Below are positions 32,475-40,774 of a stretch of 40,953 nucleotides of DNA, piece after piece. The notes beneath the pieces were generated by a model. The model was not told the origin of the DNA. It searched no databases and was given only the letters and a program-made list of their open reading frames with translations. Origin of the DNA: Nanobdellota archaeon (lineage in GTDB: Archaea; Nanobdellota; Nanobdellia; Woesearchaeales; GW2011-AR9); assembly GCA_038044525.1 (NCBI GenBank), contig JBBSZV010000001.1, positions 1-40,953 on the forward strand, read 5' to 3'. The position numbers and the translations under genes were made by a program. Within the stretch, counting starts at the first letter, position 1. Each line of letters starts with the position of its first letter.

Positions 32475-33443
32475 TTATGATTTCACCGAGACATAAGTTA
32501 TTTGCGGCGCTTCTTTTGTTATAGATAAATTTGGCCGGATCGGTTTCATGAGCAGCACCGCTCTTTTCTTTGGACCGACCACGGATCCTTTCAGCAAAAG
32601 ATAATTGTTTTTCAATAAGCCATATTTTGACACGCCGCCGGAAGGAGTGATTTCCTCGCCGCTTTTTCCTATTTTCAGGATGGGCTTATTATAATCAGTC
32701 CGCAGATGATAACCCATTTTACCAGGCTGGGCAACGCTGTAACGAACCCGGTTAGGATGCCAAGGCCCGAGAGTTCCTATACCCCTCTTGGTCTTTTCAG
32801 CTTTATGCTGTCTGATGGGAACGCCGAAACGTTTTACAGTTCCCTGAAAACCTTTCCCTTTGGTGATTCCGTGAACATCAACAGAAACGCCCGATTCAAA
32901 CACATCCTCAACTTTTATTTCTTTGCCTAACACCTGCTGCGCATAGGCAAGTTTTTCATCTTTGCTTCCGCCGATAGCAAGTTCCATCAGTTTGGGCTTC
33001 TTCGTATTGACAGAAGCTCGGACAGGATTAGAATGTACCAATAGACGGACATCATCAAACCCGGAAACAGCATCGTATTTTTTAGCAGTTTTTTTGGGCA
33101 GTTGGATTTTCTTCCCTAAATTCTTGGATAATGTGTCAGCCCAGATATAACCTGCTTTCTGCAGTCCCAACGGCCCGAGTTTATAGAAACATATTCCCGC
33201 TGCATTCATAGATGGACAATCAATGATCGTGGAAGCAACCATTATTTCTTCGCCCTTGGTTACGGAACGCGGACGATTATCTGAAATCAGAAGATGAGTC
33301 ATGCCTGCTTTATAGCCGATGAATCCGAGAGGTTTAACCTTGCTCTCCGCAGCCCAAGATCTAGCTCTGGCTACTGAATGTCTTGCTCTCTTGCGAGGCC
33401 AAAATTGTACGCTTCCTCTACGCGGTGCGCTTGGTTGTCCCAT
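32475..33443 (-). CDS. rpl3: 50S ribosomal protein L3 (uL3)
   Basis: PRRGSVQFWPRKRARH...LGFIGYKAGMTHL. Confidence 0.95.
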   Translation of the reverse strand: MGQPSAPRRGSVQFWPRKRARHSVARARSWAAESKVKPLGFIGYKAGMTHLLISDNRPRSVTKGEEIMVASTIIDCPSMNAAGICFYKLGPLGLQKAGYIWADTLSKNLGKKIQLPKKTAKKYDAVSGFDDVRLLVHSNPVRASVNTKKPKLMELAIGGSKDEKLAYAQQVLGKEIKVEDVFESGVSVDVHGITKGKGFQGTVKRFGVPIRQHKAEKTKRGIGTLGPWHPNRVRYSVAQPGKMGYHLRTDYNKPILKIGKSGEEITPSGGVSKYGLLKNNYLLLKGSVVGPKKRAVLLMKPIRPNLSITKEAPQITYVSVKS

Positions 33444-33664
33444 TTTTGTAACTGCCTATTCATGACCACCATCCGAGAATCAGCATATGCAGATTAGCGA
33501 TGGTTGCCTTTTCAGGCTGATTTTGACGTAGACCATTTAATCGACGAAGTCGATCAGTGTGATTTGCGCCCATTTTGATTAGGTTTCCCTTTTGGGATAG
33601 CAGTTATTTATAAATGTGCCGGTAATGCTGGCTTTTGCCCGGCATCTCCGCGGGTACAACAACA

Positions 33665-33675
33665 TTTATATAAAA
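33665..33675 (+). promoter_or_regulatory. TATA-like box TTTATATAAAA
   Basis: About 27 nt upstream of ATG 33697 (nop5). Confidence 0.4.
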
Positions 33676-33696
33676 ACATTCTTCCTAAGAAATTCC

Positions 33697-34602
33697 ATGA
33701 ACTATATATTCACCAACATCCTTGGAACCTTCGTTCTAGATGAAAATATGGCGGCCGTAGATTCTCTGCTGTTCGAATCCATTGAAGAGTACAAAATAAA
33801 AGAAAAATCAGAAGCGAAATTGCAAAAAAAGCATAATGCCCAGCCTTTGCCGAAAGAAAAACTTCTCCAGACATTACTATTATTCAAAGATGCAAAATAT
33901 TATCAGGAATTTTATCAAAATAATCTGGAATTGACCAAGGAAGGCTTGAAAAATGCGGTCAATGAAGACAACCTCATCATGCAGGCTATCGCTAACATCA
34001 ACGAGCTGGATAAGATTTCCAACACCATGGCTAAACGTCTCAGGGAATGGTACAGCTTGTACTATCCGGAATTGTCCGAACGGATAGAAAACCACGAGAA
34101 ATACATTGAATTAGTCTTAGGACAAGAACGGGATCAGAAAACTTTCGGCGCGGATCTTAAAACCTTTGATATCGAAGAGATGAGATTATTAGCCGAAAGG
34201 ATCGCTTCATTATACGAACTGCGGAAAAAACATGAATTATACCTGCAGAAAATCATGAAAATATATTGCCCTAACTTATTGGAATTGGCCGGAACGACCA
34301 TCGCCGCCAGATTGATTGAATTGGGGAAAGGATTGAAGCATCTTGCTCTGCTGCCGGCATCTACAGTCCAGCTTCTCGGCGCAGAAAAAGCATTGTTCCG
34401 GCATATCAAGACCGGCAGCAAGAGCCCGAAATATGGAGTGATAATCAATCATCCATTCGTCCAGAACGCCAAAGGGAACGAAAAAGGAAAAGCTGCGCGC
34501 AGGCTGGCAGACAAATTATCTCTCTGCGCGCGATTGGATTATTTCAAAGGCGAATTCAAAGCGCTGGAATATAAAAAAGAACTAGAGGAAAAATTACTAT
34601 GA
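33697..34602 (+). CDS. nop5: Nop5 (Nop56/58) C/D box sRNP core protein, short form
   Basis: ATG 33697 (the track start at 33616 is GTG). NOSIC/Nop motifs KRLREWYSLYYPELS, AARLIELGKGLKHLALLPASTVQLLGAEKALFRH and PKYGVIINHPFV. Confidence 0.88.
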   Translation: MNYIFTNILGTFVLDENMAAVDSLLFESIEEYKIKEKSEAKLQKKHNAQPLPKEKLLQTLLLFKDAKYYQEFYQNNLELTKEGLKNAVNEDNLIMQAIANINELDKISNTMAKRLREWYSLYYPELSERIENHEKYIELVLGQERDQKTFGADLKTFDIEEMRLLAERIASLYELRKKHELYLQKIMKIYCPNLLELAGTTIAARLIELGKGLKHLALLPASTVQLLGAEKALFRHIKTGSKSPKYGVIINHPFVQNAKGNEKGKAARRLADKLSLCARLDYFKGEFKALEYKKELEEKLL

Positions 34603-34955
34603 AAGAATTCCAGGAACTGCATTCCATCGCCGTAGAAGACCGCAAATATTCAGAATGGTCGCAGCAAAGAACATTGGATGAAAAAGCGCAGATGCTCCAG
34701 CAGGAAGTGAACGAAATGATAGATGCGGTAAAAAATCAGGATATGCAGAATTTACAGGAAGAGTTGGGCGACATTATCTGGGATGCTTTGACTATTACCG
34801 CTTTGGCTGAAGAGAAAGGATTGTTCACCACTGATGAAACCCTGCGCAAAGCTGCAGATAAGATAAGAATGCGCAAACCTTGGATTTTTACTGGGGAAAA
34901 ATTAACCGCAGAGCAGGAATCAGAACATTGGAAAAGAGCTAAAGAAAAAAAATGA
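34599..34955 (+). CDS. MazG-like nucleoside triphosphate pyrophosphohydrolase domain protein
   Basis: LQQEVNEMIDAVKNQDMQNLQEELGDIIWDALTI (ExxE...EELGD pattern). ATGA overlaps with nop5 and with fibrillarin. Confidence 0.65.
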   Translation: MKEFQELHSIAVEDRKYSEWSQQRTLDEKAQMLQQEVNEMIDAVKNQDMQNLQEELGDIIWDALTITALAEEKGLFTTDETLRKAADKIRMRKPWIFTGEKLTAEQESEHWKRAKEKK

Positions 34956-35617
34956 GCAGCATCAAACCTCACAAAATATTTGAACTGTATTCCGACGGCA
35001 GGAGATTGTACACTAAAAGCATCCTTCCGGGGAAAAAACATTTTGAAGAACGAACCTTCAAAGAAAAAGACGGAGAATATCGCGAATTTGACCCTAGCCA
35101 CAGCAAACTGGCCGCCATGGTCATGAAAGGATGCACTAACGCCGGAATCAGAAAAGGCGACGTCGTCCTCTATTTGGGCGCCTCTCACGGCTATACAGCT
35201 TCTTTCATCTCGGATATGATCAATAAAGAGGGGATTATTTTTGGGATCGATCCCGCGCCGCGGGTGATGCGTGATTTGGTGTTCCTTTCCGAACAGCGGA
35301 AAAATATCATCCCGATACTTGCTGATGCCAACCATCCGGAAGAGTATGTAGAGCGGGTTTCCGGAGCGGATATCGTCTATCAGGACATCGCCCAGAAGAA
35401 TCAGGCCGAGATATTCATCAAGAACTGCAAATTATTCCTGAAGAAAGGCGGCTACGGGCTGCTGGCAGTCAAAGCGCGCAGCATAGATGCCAAACGAAAA
35501 TCAAAAGACCTTTTCATCGAAGTCAGGACACAGCTGGAAAAAGAATTCACGGTTATTGATTACAAAATTCTGGAACCATTCGAGAAAGATCACTGCATGA
35601 TCATTGTGAAGAAGTAG
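34952..35617 (+). CDS. flpA: Fibrillarin-like rRNA/tRNA 2'-O-methyltransferase
   Basis: VLYLGASHGYTASFISDMI, GIDPAPRVMRDL, ILADANHPEEY, IVYQDIAQKNQAEI. Confidence 0.93.
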   Translation: MSSIKPHKIFELYSDGRRLYTKSILPGKKHFEERTFKEKDGEYREFDPSHSKLAAMVMKGCTNAGIRKGDVVLYLGASHGYTASFISDMINKEGIIFGIDPAPRVMRDLVFLSEQRKNIIPILADANHPEEYVERVSGADIVYQDIAQKNQAEIFIKNCKLFLKKGGYGLLAVKARSIDAKRKSKDLFIEVRTQLEKEFTVIDYKILEPFEKDHCMIIVKK

Positions 35618-35620
35618 AGC

Positions 35621-36406
35621 ATGAAAATTCTGACGCAGAACTGCTGGGGGGTCCCGATCAGAAACCGGCGCAGAAGATTTGATATCATTGCGGAAACTAT
35701 CGAGAATAGGCATTATGACATCGTCTGCCTACAGGAGATATTTCTTCGCCGATGGCATAGCCAATCATTTCATAGGCTTGATGAATATAATCATTCCTAT
35801 CAGGAAGGATTTATCTCTCTGAAAAGCGGGCTTCTTACCCTCACCAAACAGACGCCTAAAGAAGTTACTTTCCACCGCTATCAAGCGCAGGGAAATTTAT
35901 TCTCACAGCAGGTTACTGATGCTATCCTGGGAAAAGGATTTCTGGAAACAATCATTGAACATGAAGAATTGCATGAAGACCTGACTATTATCAATGTGCA
36001 TAATGTTTCCGTATACCGGCCGCGTCATAACCAAGAGATGCACTTATTAGCGCAATCGGAACAGCTTTTTGAATACGTCAAAAAGAAAATTGAAAAAGGC
36101 CGAAAAATAATTCTCGCCGGTGATTTCAATTTTGAAAGAGAATCGATGCCTTACTATGCCTTTGCCAACCTACTGGAAGATATGACCTCCTCCCTAGAAA
36201 GCCTATTAGATTTTATTGGTAACTCCGAAGAAGAAACGCAGCACATCCACCGAGAGTTTGTAAAACACCCCGCTAAAGGAAACCAATTGGATTTTGTATT
36301 TAGCAACATCGGAAAAACAAAAAAATCACAATACGTTACCCATATTAGCCAATACCCCAGCGACCATCTGGGAATTTCAGTGAAAATTGAAGCGGACGAC
36401 CGCTAA
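35621..36406 (+). CDS. Endonuclease/exonuclease/phosphatase (EEP) family protein
   Basis: MKILTQNCWG, DIVCLQEIF, INVHN, AGDFNF and PSDHLGI in canonical EEP order. Confidence 0.75.
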   Translation: MKILTQNCWGVPIRNRRRRFDIIAETIENRHYDIVCLQEIFLRRWHSQSFHRLDEYNHSYQEGFISLKSGLLTLTKQTPKEVTFHRYQAQGNLFSQQVTDAILGKGFLETIIEHEELHEDLTIINVHNVSVYRPRHNQEMHLLAQSEQLFEYVKKKIEKGRKIILAGDFNFERESMPYYAFANLLEDMTSSLESLLDFIGNSEEETQHIHREFVKHPAKGNQLDFVFSNIGKTKKSQYVTHISQYPSDHLGISVKIEADDR

Positions 36407-36418
36407 AGTTATATATTC
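36405..36418 (+). promoter_or_regulatory. TATA-like box AAAGTTATATATTC
   Basis: About 26 nt upstream of ATG 36438. Confidence 0.3.
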
Positions 36419-36437
36419 AAAGATCATACTTTCAGAC

Positions 36438-36716
36438 ATGAGCATAACTCGCGAATCAGCGTACCTTTACTTGTGTTCTAAAGAACTGGCCAAACTCAAT
36501 AAAAAATTGCATGATGCCGGGCAGGAAGCGCAGAAGCTTGCGCAAAAATATCATCAGGCTGCTGACGAAAAAACCCGCTACAAGTACGGCAAGAAACATC
36601 ATCAAGCCCTAGAAGAGAGAGGAAATCTAATGAAAGAGTATCGGGAGATGCTGTCAAGGACCAAACATCATCTGGTAAATTTTAATAACGCGCTGAGAAA
36701 AGAATTGAAGCAGTGA
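36438..36716 (+). CDS. Hypothetical helical/coiled-coil protein (92 aa)
   Basis: ATG 36438 is preferred over the TTG at 36387, which overlaps the EEP gene. Confidence 0.4.
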   Translation: MSITRESAYLYLCSKELAKLNKKLHDAGQEAQKLAQKYHQAADEKTRYKYGKKHHQALEERGNLMKEYREMLSRTKHHLVNFNNALRKELKQ

Positions 36717-36720
36717 TTAT

Positions 36721-36975
36721 CTATTGGTCATCAGTTTTATCTTCATCTTTTTTCACATGAATAATATTCACCGGACAGACATCTGCCGCTTCCTGGTTGC
36801 TTTCTGCATCTTCTTTGGAATCGATCTCTAATTCGTAATGATCGTCAACTTCAACAGAATCCTTCAGATGCGCCAGGCCTTGCTCGTCCATCTTCCAGAA
36901 TTCAGGATTGACGGCAGCGCAGGCGCCGCAGCTGATGCAGTCTTTCTTGAAATGGATTATTTTGTATTTGGCCAT
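36721..36975 (-). CDS. Small ferredoxin (single Fe-S cluster type)
   Basis: CISCGACAAVNPEFW ... CPVNIIHV (CxxCxxC...CP). Confidence 0.75.
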   Translation of the reverse strand: MAKYKIIHFKKDCISCGACAAVNPEFWKMDEQGLAHLKDSVEVDDHYELEIDSKEDAESNQEAADVCPVNIIHVKKDEDKTDDQ

Positions 36976-37082
36976 GTTTTATGTTGGAATAAGAGCTATT
37001 TATAATATTTTCTGGGGGAAATCTGCCGGGAGTAGTTTAAAAAGAGTCATATTTTACCGGGATTCCCGGCATTTTAGGAGCA

Positions 37083-37090
37083 TTTATAAA
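37083..37090 (+). promoter_or_regulatory. TATA-like box TTTATAAA
   Basis: About 25 nt upstream of ATG 37112. Confidence 0.4.
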
Positions 37091-37111
37091 TCAGACTTAA
37101 TTTTAGGTTAT

Positions 37112-38080
37112 ATGAAAGTATTTTTACCAAATAGCGTTTGGATTGGAAATATAGACCTATTTTTAAAAAATATTGATAACACGAATGAAGAAATTTTAGA
37201 GATAAGTTCTCATGAAAACTGGGTTTCTGTTCACCCGGTAGTTTTGTGTATGGTCACGGCCTTGGGCTTAAAAATGAGGGGAAAAAACAAAAAAATAAGT
37301 TTCGAAATAATGCAAGCAACTTCAAAGCATTACTTTGAACGTATGGGTTTATTTCGATTTTTAAACTTGGACTCTGAAATGAAAATTAACGAACACGAGC
37401 CAGCAGGGAGATTTATTCCGATTCAATTAATAAAAAATTCAGAACAATTAGACAAATTCATAACAGATATGATACCGTTGCTTCATTTTGATCAAGAAAA
37501 AGTAGAACCTATACGCTATATAATCAGTGAATTGGTTAGAAATGTATTCGAACATGCTGGTTCTACAGAAGGGGCTATAGTTTGTGCTCAATATTACAAA
37601 AAAAGTAATACTATTAGAATTGGCGTAGCAGATGCAGGAGTTGGAATTAAAAATACTTTAGATAGGCTTTATAATCCAAAGGACGACATTGAAGCCTTAT
37701 CGCTTGCACTTACGCCAGGAATAACTGGAACAACAAAAAAAGTTGGCGGAAGTGCAACCAACGCTGGTGCAGGACTTTTTTTTATTAAATCCTTAGCAAA
37801 AGTTAATAGGGATTTTTTTATGATATACAGCGGAAAAGGCATGTATAAATTACTTAAAAATCCAAAAAATAAAGAAGTCAAACTTGTTGCAGACCCATTA
37901 AAAGATCATTGCTCATACGGGGGAAATTACCCTTATTGGACTGGAACAGTTGTAGGTATAGATTTATGTTTAGATGAGCATGCAAATTTTTCAGAACTAC
38001 TGGATTTGATTAGACAATTTTATAGAAAAGAAAGAAAAAGTAAAAACAAAGAAAAATATAAAAAACCGAGATTTATATGA
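37112..38080 (+). CDS. GHKL-superfamily ATPase (RsbW/SpoIIAB-like HATPase_c) with an unassigned ~130-aa N-terminal region
   Basis: ATG 37112; the track start at 36908 overlaps the ferredoxin. N-box ISELVRNVFEHAGS, G1 GVADAGVGI and G2 NAGAGLFFIKSLA. Confidence 0.7.
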   Translation: MKVFLPNSVWIGNIDLFLKNIDNTNEEILEISSHENWVSVHPVVLCMVTALGLKMRGKNKKISFEIMQATSKHYFERMGLFRFLNLDSEMKINEHEPAGRFIPIQLIKNSEQLDKFITDMIPLLHFDQEKVEPIRYIISELVRNVFEHAGSTEGAIVCAQYYKKSNTIRIGVADAGVGIKNTLDRLYNPKDDIEALSLALTPGITGTTKKVGGSATNAGAGLFFIKSLAKVNRDFFMIYSGKGMYKLLKNPKNKEVKLVADPLKDHCSYGGNYPYWTGTVVGIDLCLDEHANFSELLDLIRQFYRKERKSKNKEKYKKPRFI

Positions 38081-38364
38081 AACTAATAAAAATTTATGAA
38101 AAAACTGGAAGTTTTGCGGAGAATAAGGACATAGCACGCGATATAAGAGTAAAAGAGATTTTACCTTGTTTAGATGAAAATGAGGTTCTTTTAGATTTTG
38201 AAAAAGTTGAATCGGCTACCCAATCATTTATTCATGCTCTTATTAGTGACATAATTAGAAAAAAAGGAATCAATATTTTAGACAGATTATATTTTAAGAA
38301 CTGTAATGATACCGTCAAAAAAATAATTAGCATCGTTACTGAATACATGCAACAACAGGATTAG
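38077..38364 (+). CDS. STAS-like small protein (DUF4325-like)
   Basis: 95 aa with an ATGA overlap with the ATPase. EVLLDFEKVESATQSFIHALISDII matches the v.lDF.gV...sSF signature I associate with DUF4325. Confidence 0.55.
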   Translation: MKLIKIYEKTGSFAENKDIARDIRVKEILPCLDENEVLLDFEKVESATQSFIHALISDIIRKKGINILDRLYFKNCNDTVKKIISIVTEYMQQQD

Positions 38365-38410
38365 ATTAACCACCAAAAACCTTAAATACATTCTTTATTT
38401 AATAAAGCGC

Positions 38411-39364
38411 ATGAAAAAGAGTGTGTTGAAAGTATTGTTAATTCTGCTGACCGCATCATTCCTGCTGCTGGTCTCCTGCAAACCCCAGGGAGCTGGAGAA
38501 ACTCCGCGGGATACCGCGGCCATCCTCCAGCAGGTTAAGACCGGAATGCAGGGAGTGGAAATACAGCTTATCCAGGATTCCCCGCCCTCTCTTATCTACG
38601 ACCAGAATGAACTTATCGCTTTAGTGGAAGTCAAGAATAAAGGCAATTACGATTTGCGGGCGCAGGATTGCTTTGTGCAGATTACCGGGTTTGATCAAAA
38701 CATTATTTCCGGCGGCTTTTCCAGTCCGCGTTCCTGCGCTGAAAGCGTAGGCGTTTTAGAAGGAAAAAATGTTTATAACGTGGAAGGAAGCACTAACTTA
38801 TTAGAATTTGAATCCAGCCTTAACCTCCCTTATAACGTCCCTGATTATAGCCCTACTTTGAATTATCTTACTTGTTACAATTATCATACCTCTGCCAATC
38901 CTTCTGTCTGTGTTGATCCCTTGTTTTACCATGTATCTTCTGAACAGAAAACCTGCCGACCGAAAGACCTGCCCCTGGGCGGCGGTCAGGGCGGACCGGT
39001 CGGGATAAGTTACGTTGCGGCAGACATGGTCGGCGGCAAGGCCATCTTTGAGATAAATGTGCAGAATTTGGGAACTGGAAAAGTGTTGAGCCCTTATGCC
39101 AACATCCAGAATTGCGGGCAAGCGTCCTTGGAATACAAAGATTTGGATAAACTTTCTTACAATGTAGAACTTACCGGCGGAGGGAAAATCAACTGCAAGC
39201 CTAACGACGGATTTGTGCGCTTAGTGAACAACCAGGGAAAAATAATCTGCAGTTTCAGCATCCCCGGAGCGACGCCGTTTGAAACCTTATTGCTGGTAGA
39301 TCTGGATTACGGATATATGCAATCCCAGCAGAAAGCGGTCAAGATAGTAAGGACGCCCCAGTAA
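38411..39364 (+). CDS. Exported lipobox protein, two-domain CARDB-like family
   Basis: Signal MKKSVLKVLLILLTASFLLLVSC; motifs VEVKNKGNYDL, GGPVGISYV, QNLGTGKV and LDYGYM. Confidence 0.6.
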   Translation: MKKSVLKVLLILLTASFLLLVSCKPQGAGETPRDTAAILQQVKTGMQGVEIQLIQDSPPSLIYDQNELIALVEVKNKGNYDLRAQDCFVQITGFDQNIISGGFSSPRSCAESVGVLEGKNVYNVEGSTNLLEFESSLNLPYNVPDYSPTLNYLTCYNYHTSANPSVCVDPLFYHVSSEQKTCRPKDLPLGGGQGGPVGISYVAADMVGGKAIFEINVQNLGTGKVLSPYANIQNCGQASLEYKDLDKLSYNVELTGGGKINCKPNDGFVRLVNNQGKIICSFSIPGATPFETLLLVDLDYGYMQSQQKAVKIVRTPQ

Positions 39365-39420
39365 AATTTAAATATCCTTCTTGATTAATGTTAGTAATAG
39401 CATCTAAAAGAGGTCTTCAA

Positions 39421-40314
39421 ATGAGAAAATTCATTATTCCGGTGTTTATTATGGCTTTATTATTTCTTACTGCCTGCCAGCAACAGCAGCAGCAGACCGC
39501 CAAGGGAGCATTCATCGGCGGAACGCAGGGGGTAGTCCCTCAATTTGAGGCTTTTGGAGTGGAAGAAGAAGGGATGTACGCTATTTTTGATGAGGAATCC
39601 TTCCCTTTGGAAGTTACTCTCCGCAACAAAGGAGAATATGCTGTCCAACCTAATGAAGTGTCAGTTAAGCTGCTGGGCCCTTCACAAAATGAATTTTCCG
39701 GTATCGCTTTGTGGGAATTAAAAAATACTTTGGCTTTAGATTCCATATCTGAATTAGTTCCTGCCGGCGGGGAAGAAACCTTGACCTTCGGAAGCGAAGC
39801 AAAATATACGCAAAAAGTTACCGGCATCGTAGATCGGGAATGGTTCGCTAACGTTGAATACCGTTACCAGACCTATTTGATCGTTCCGGAAGTATGTCTG
39901 AAAGAAGACCTTACCGACCAGCGGGTATGTAATGTCAAAGAAGCAAAAACTTATTTTGTCTCGGGAGCGCCGATTACCGTTAGAAGCGTGGAAGAAGATA
40001 CTGCCGGTAAAGGCATTGTTGCCCTGAAAATCGTGGTAAGCAATGCTGGAACCGGAAAAGTTACTAAAGCAGGAGAAGAATTTGGTGTGCGGAACGTCCT
40101 TTCATATAGCACCGAGGATTCTGCTTGGGAATGCAAATCCGGCGGTAAAGTCAACGAAGCCCGCTTGGATGAAGCCGGACAGGCAGAAATAGTCTGCAAG
40201 CTGAAAGAAGCCTTGCCTGAAGGGCATATCTCTACGAAACAGGTGCAGTTGACGCTTGATTACAAGTACCGGGATTTAATCCAAGAGAAGTTAAGGATAA
40301 AGCAAAGCAGTTAA
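39421..40314 (+). CDS. Exported lipobox protein, two-domain CARDB-like family
   Basis: ATG 39421 gives the signal MRKFIIPVFIMALLFLTAC, followed by a Q-run (an ATG at 39388 is an alternative). Motifs VTLRNKGEYAV, GAPITVRSV, SNAGTGKV and LDYKYR. Confidence 0.6.
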   Translation: MRKFIIPVFIMALLFLTACQQQQQQTAKGAFIGGTQGVVPQFEAFGVEEEGMYAIFDEESFPLEVTLRNKGEYAVQPNEVSVKLLGPSQNEFSGIALWELKNTLALDSISELVPAGGEETLTFGSEAKYTQKVTGIVDREWFANVEYRYQTYLIVPEVCLKEDLTDQRVCNVKEAKTYFVSGAPITVRSVEEDTAGKGIVALKIVVSNAGTGKVTKAGEEFGVRNVLSYSTEDSAWECKSGGKVNEARLDEAGQAEIVCKLKEALPEGHISTKQVQLTLDYKYRDLIQEKLRIKQSS

Positions 40315-40366
40315 TTTTTGTTTATGTTTTATAATAATTTTTATAATAATCTAAATAAATTTAATC

Positions 40367-40774
40367 TCAAAACAACAATCCGCCCAAGTCCAGATGCGGC
40401 TTCGTTTCAGCCATTTCGCGCAAGGCTTTATCCAGATCAGTAACTAAAGAAATTCTCCTATGCTCAATCGGCTGGCCTAATTTCAAAGCTCTCTCGATGC
40501 CGTATTGCATCCCTCTGCTGATGCCAAAATCTTCATAGACCGCGCGCAGGTCAAACTTGTCGCCCAAGGTCTGTCCGGCAGCGATCCCTAAAGCTCTTTC
40601 TTCTGCGACAGCATCATTTAAGACCCCTGCTTGGGTGAAAAATAAGTGCGAGGCATAAGGAGCTTCGCCTCTTAGCAAAGAATCCCGGACGCAGATCCGC
40701 GCATACAGAACATTGCGGCGTGTCGCTTCCCAATTATCTCCTTTGAAAGGGCTTTCAATGTAGGCTAATTTCAT
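40367..40774 (-). CDS. Hypothetical protein, possibly nucleoside 2-deoxyribosyltransferase-like fold (DUF4406-like; tentative)
   Basis: ATG 40774 (the track start at 40795 is TTG). The MKLAYIESPFKGD...APYASHLFF...GMQYGIERA pattern was recalled from memory only. Confidence 0.35.
   Translation of the reverse strand: MKLAYIESPFKGDNWEATRRNVLYARICVRDSLLRGEAPYASHLFFTQAGVLNDAVAEERALGIAAGQTLGDKFDLRAVYEDFGISRGMQYGIERALKLGQPIEHRRISLVTDLDKALREMAETKPHLDLGGLLF

Noticed and set aside
36908-37111. Upstream extension of the GHKL ATPase ORF
   Set aside because: It overlaps the ferredoxin gene start on the opposite strand. A TTTATAAA box 25 nt before ATG 37112 supports the shorter form.
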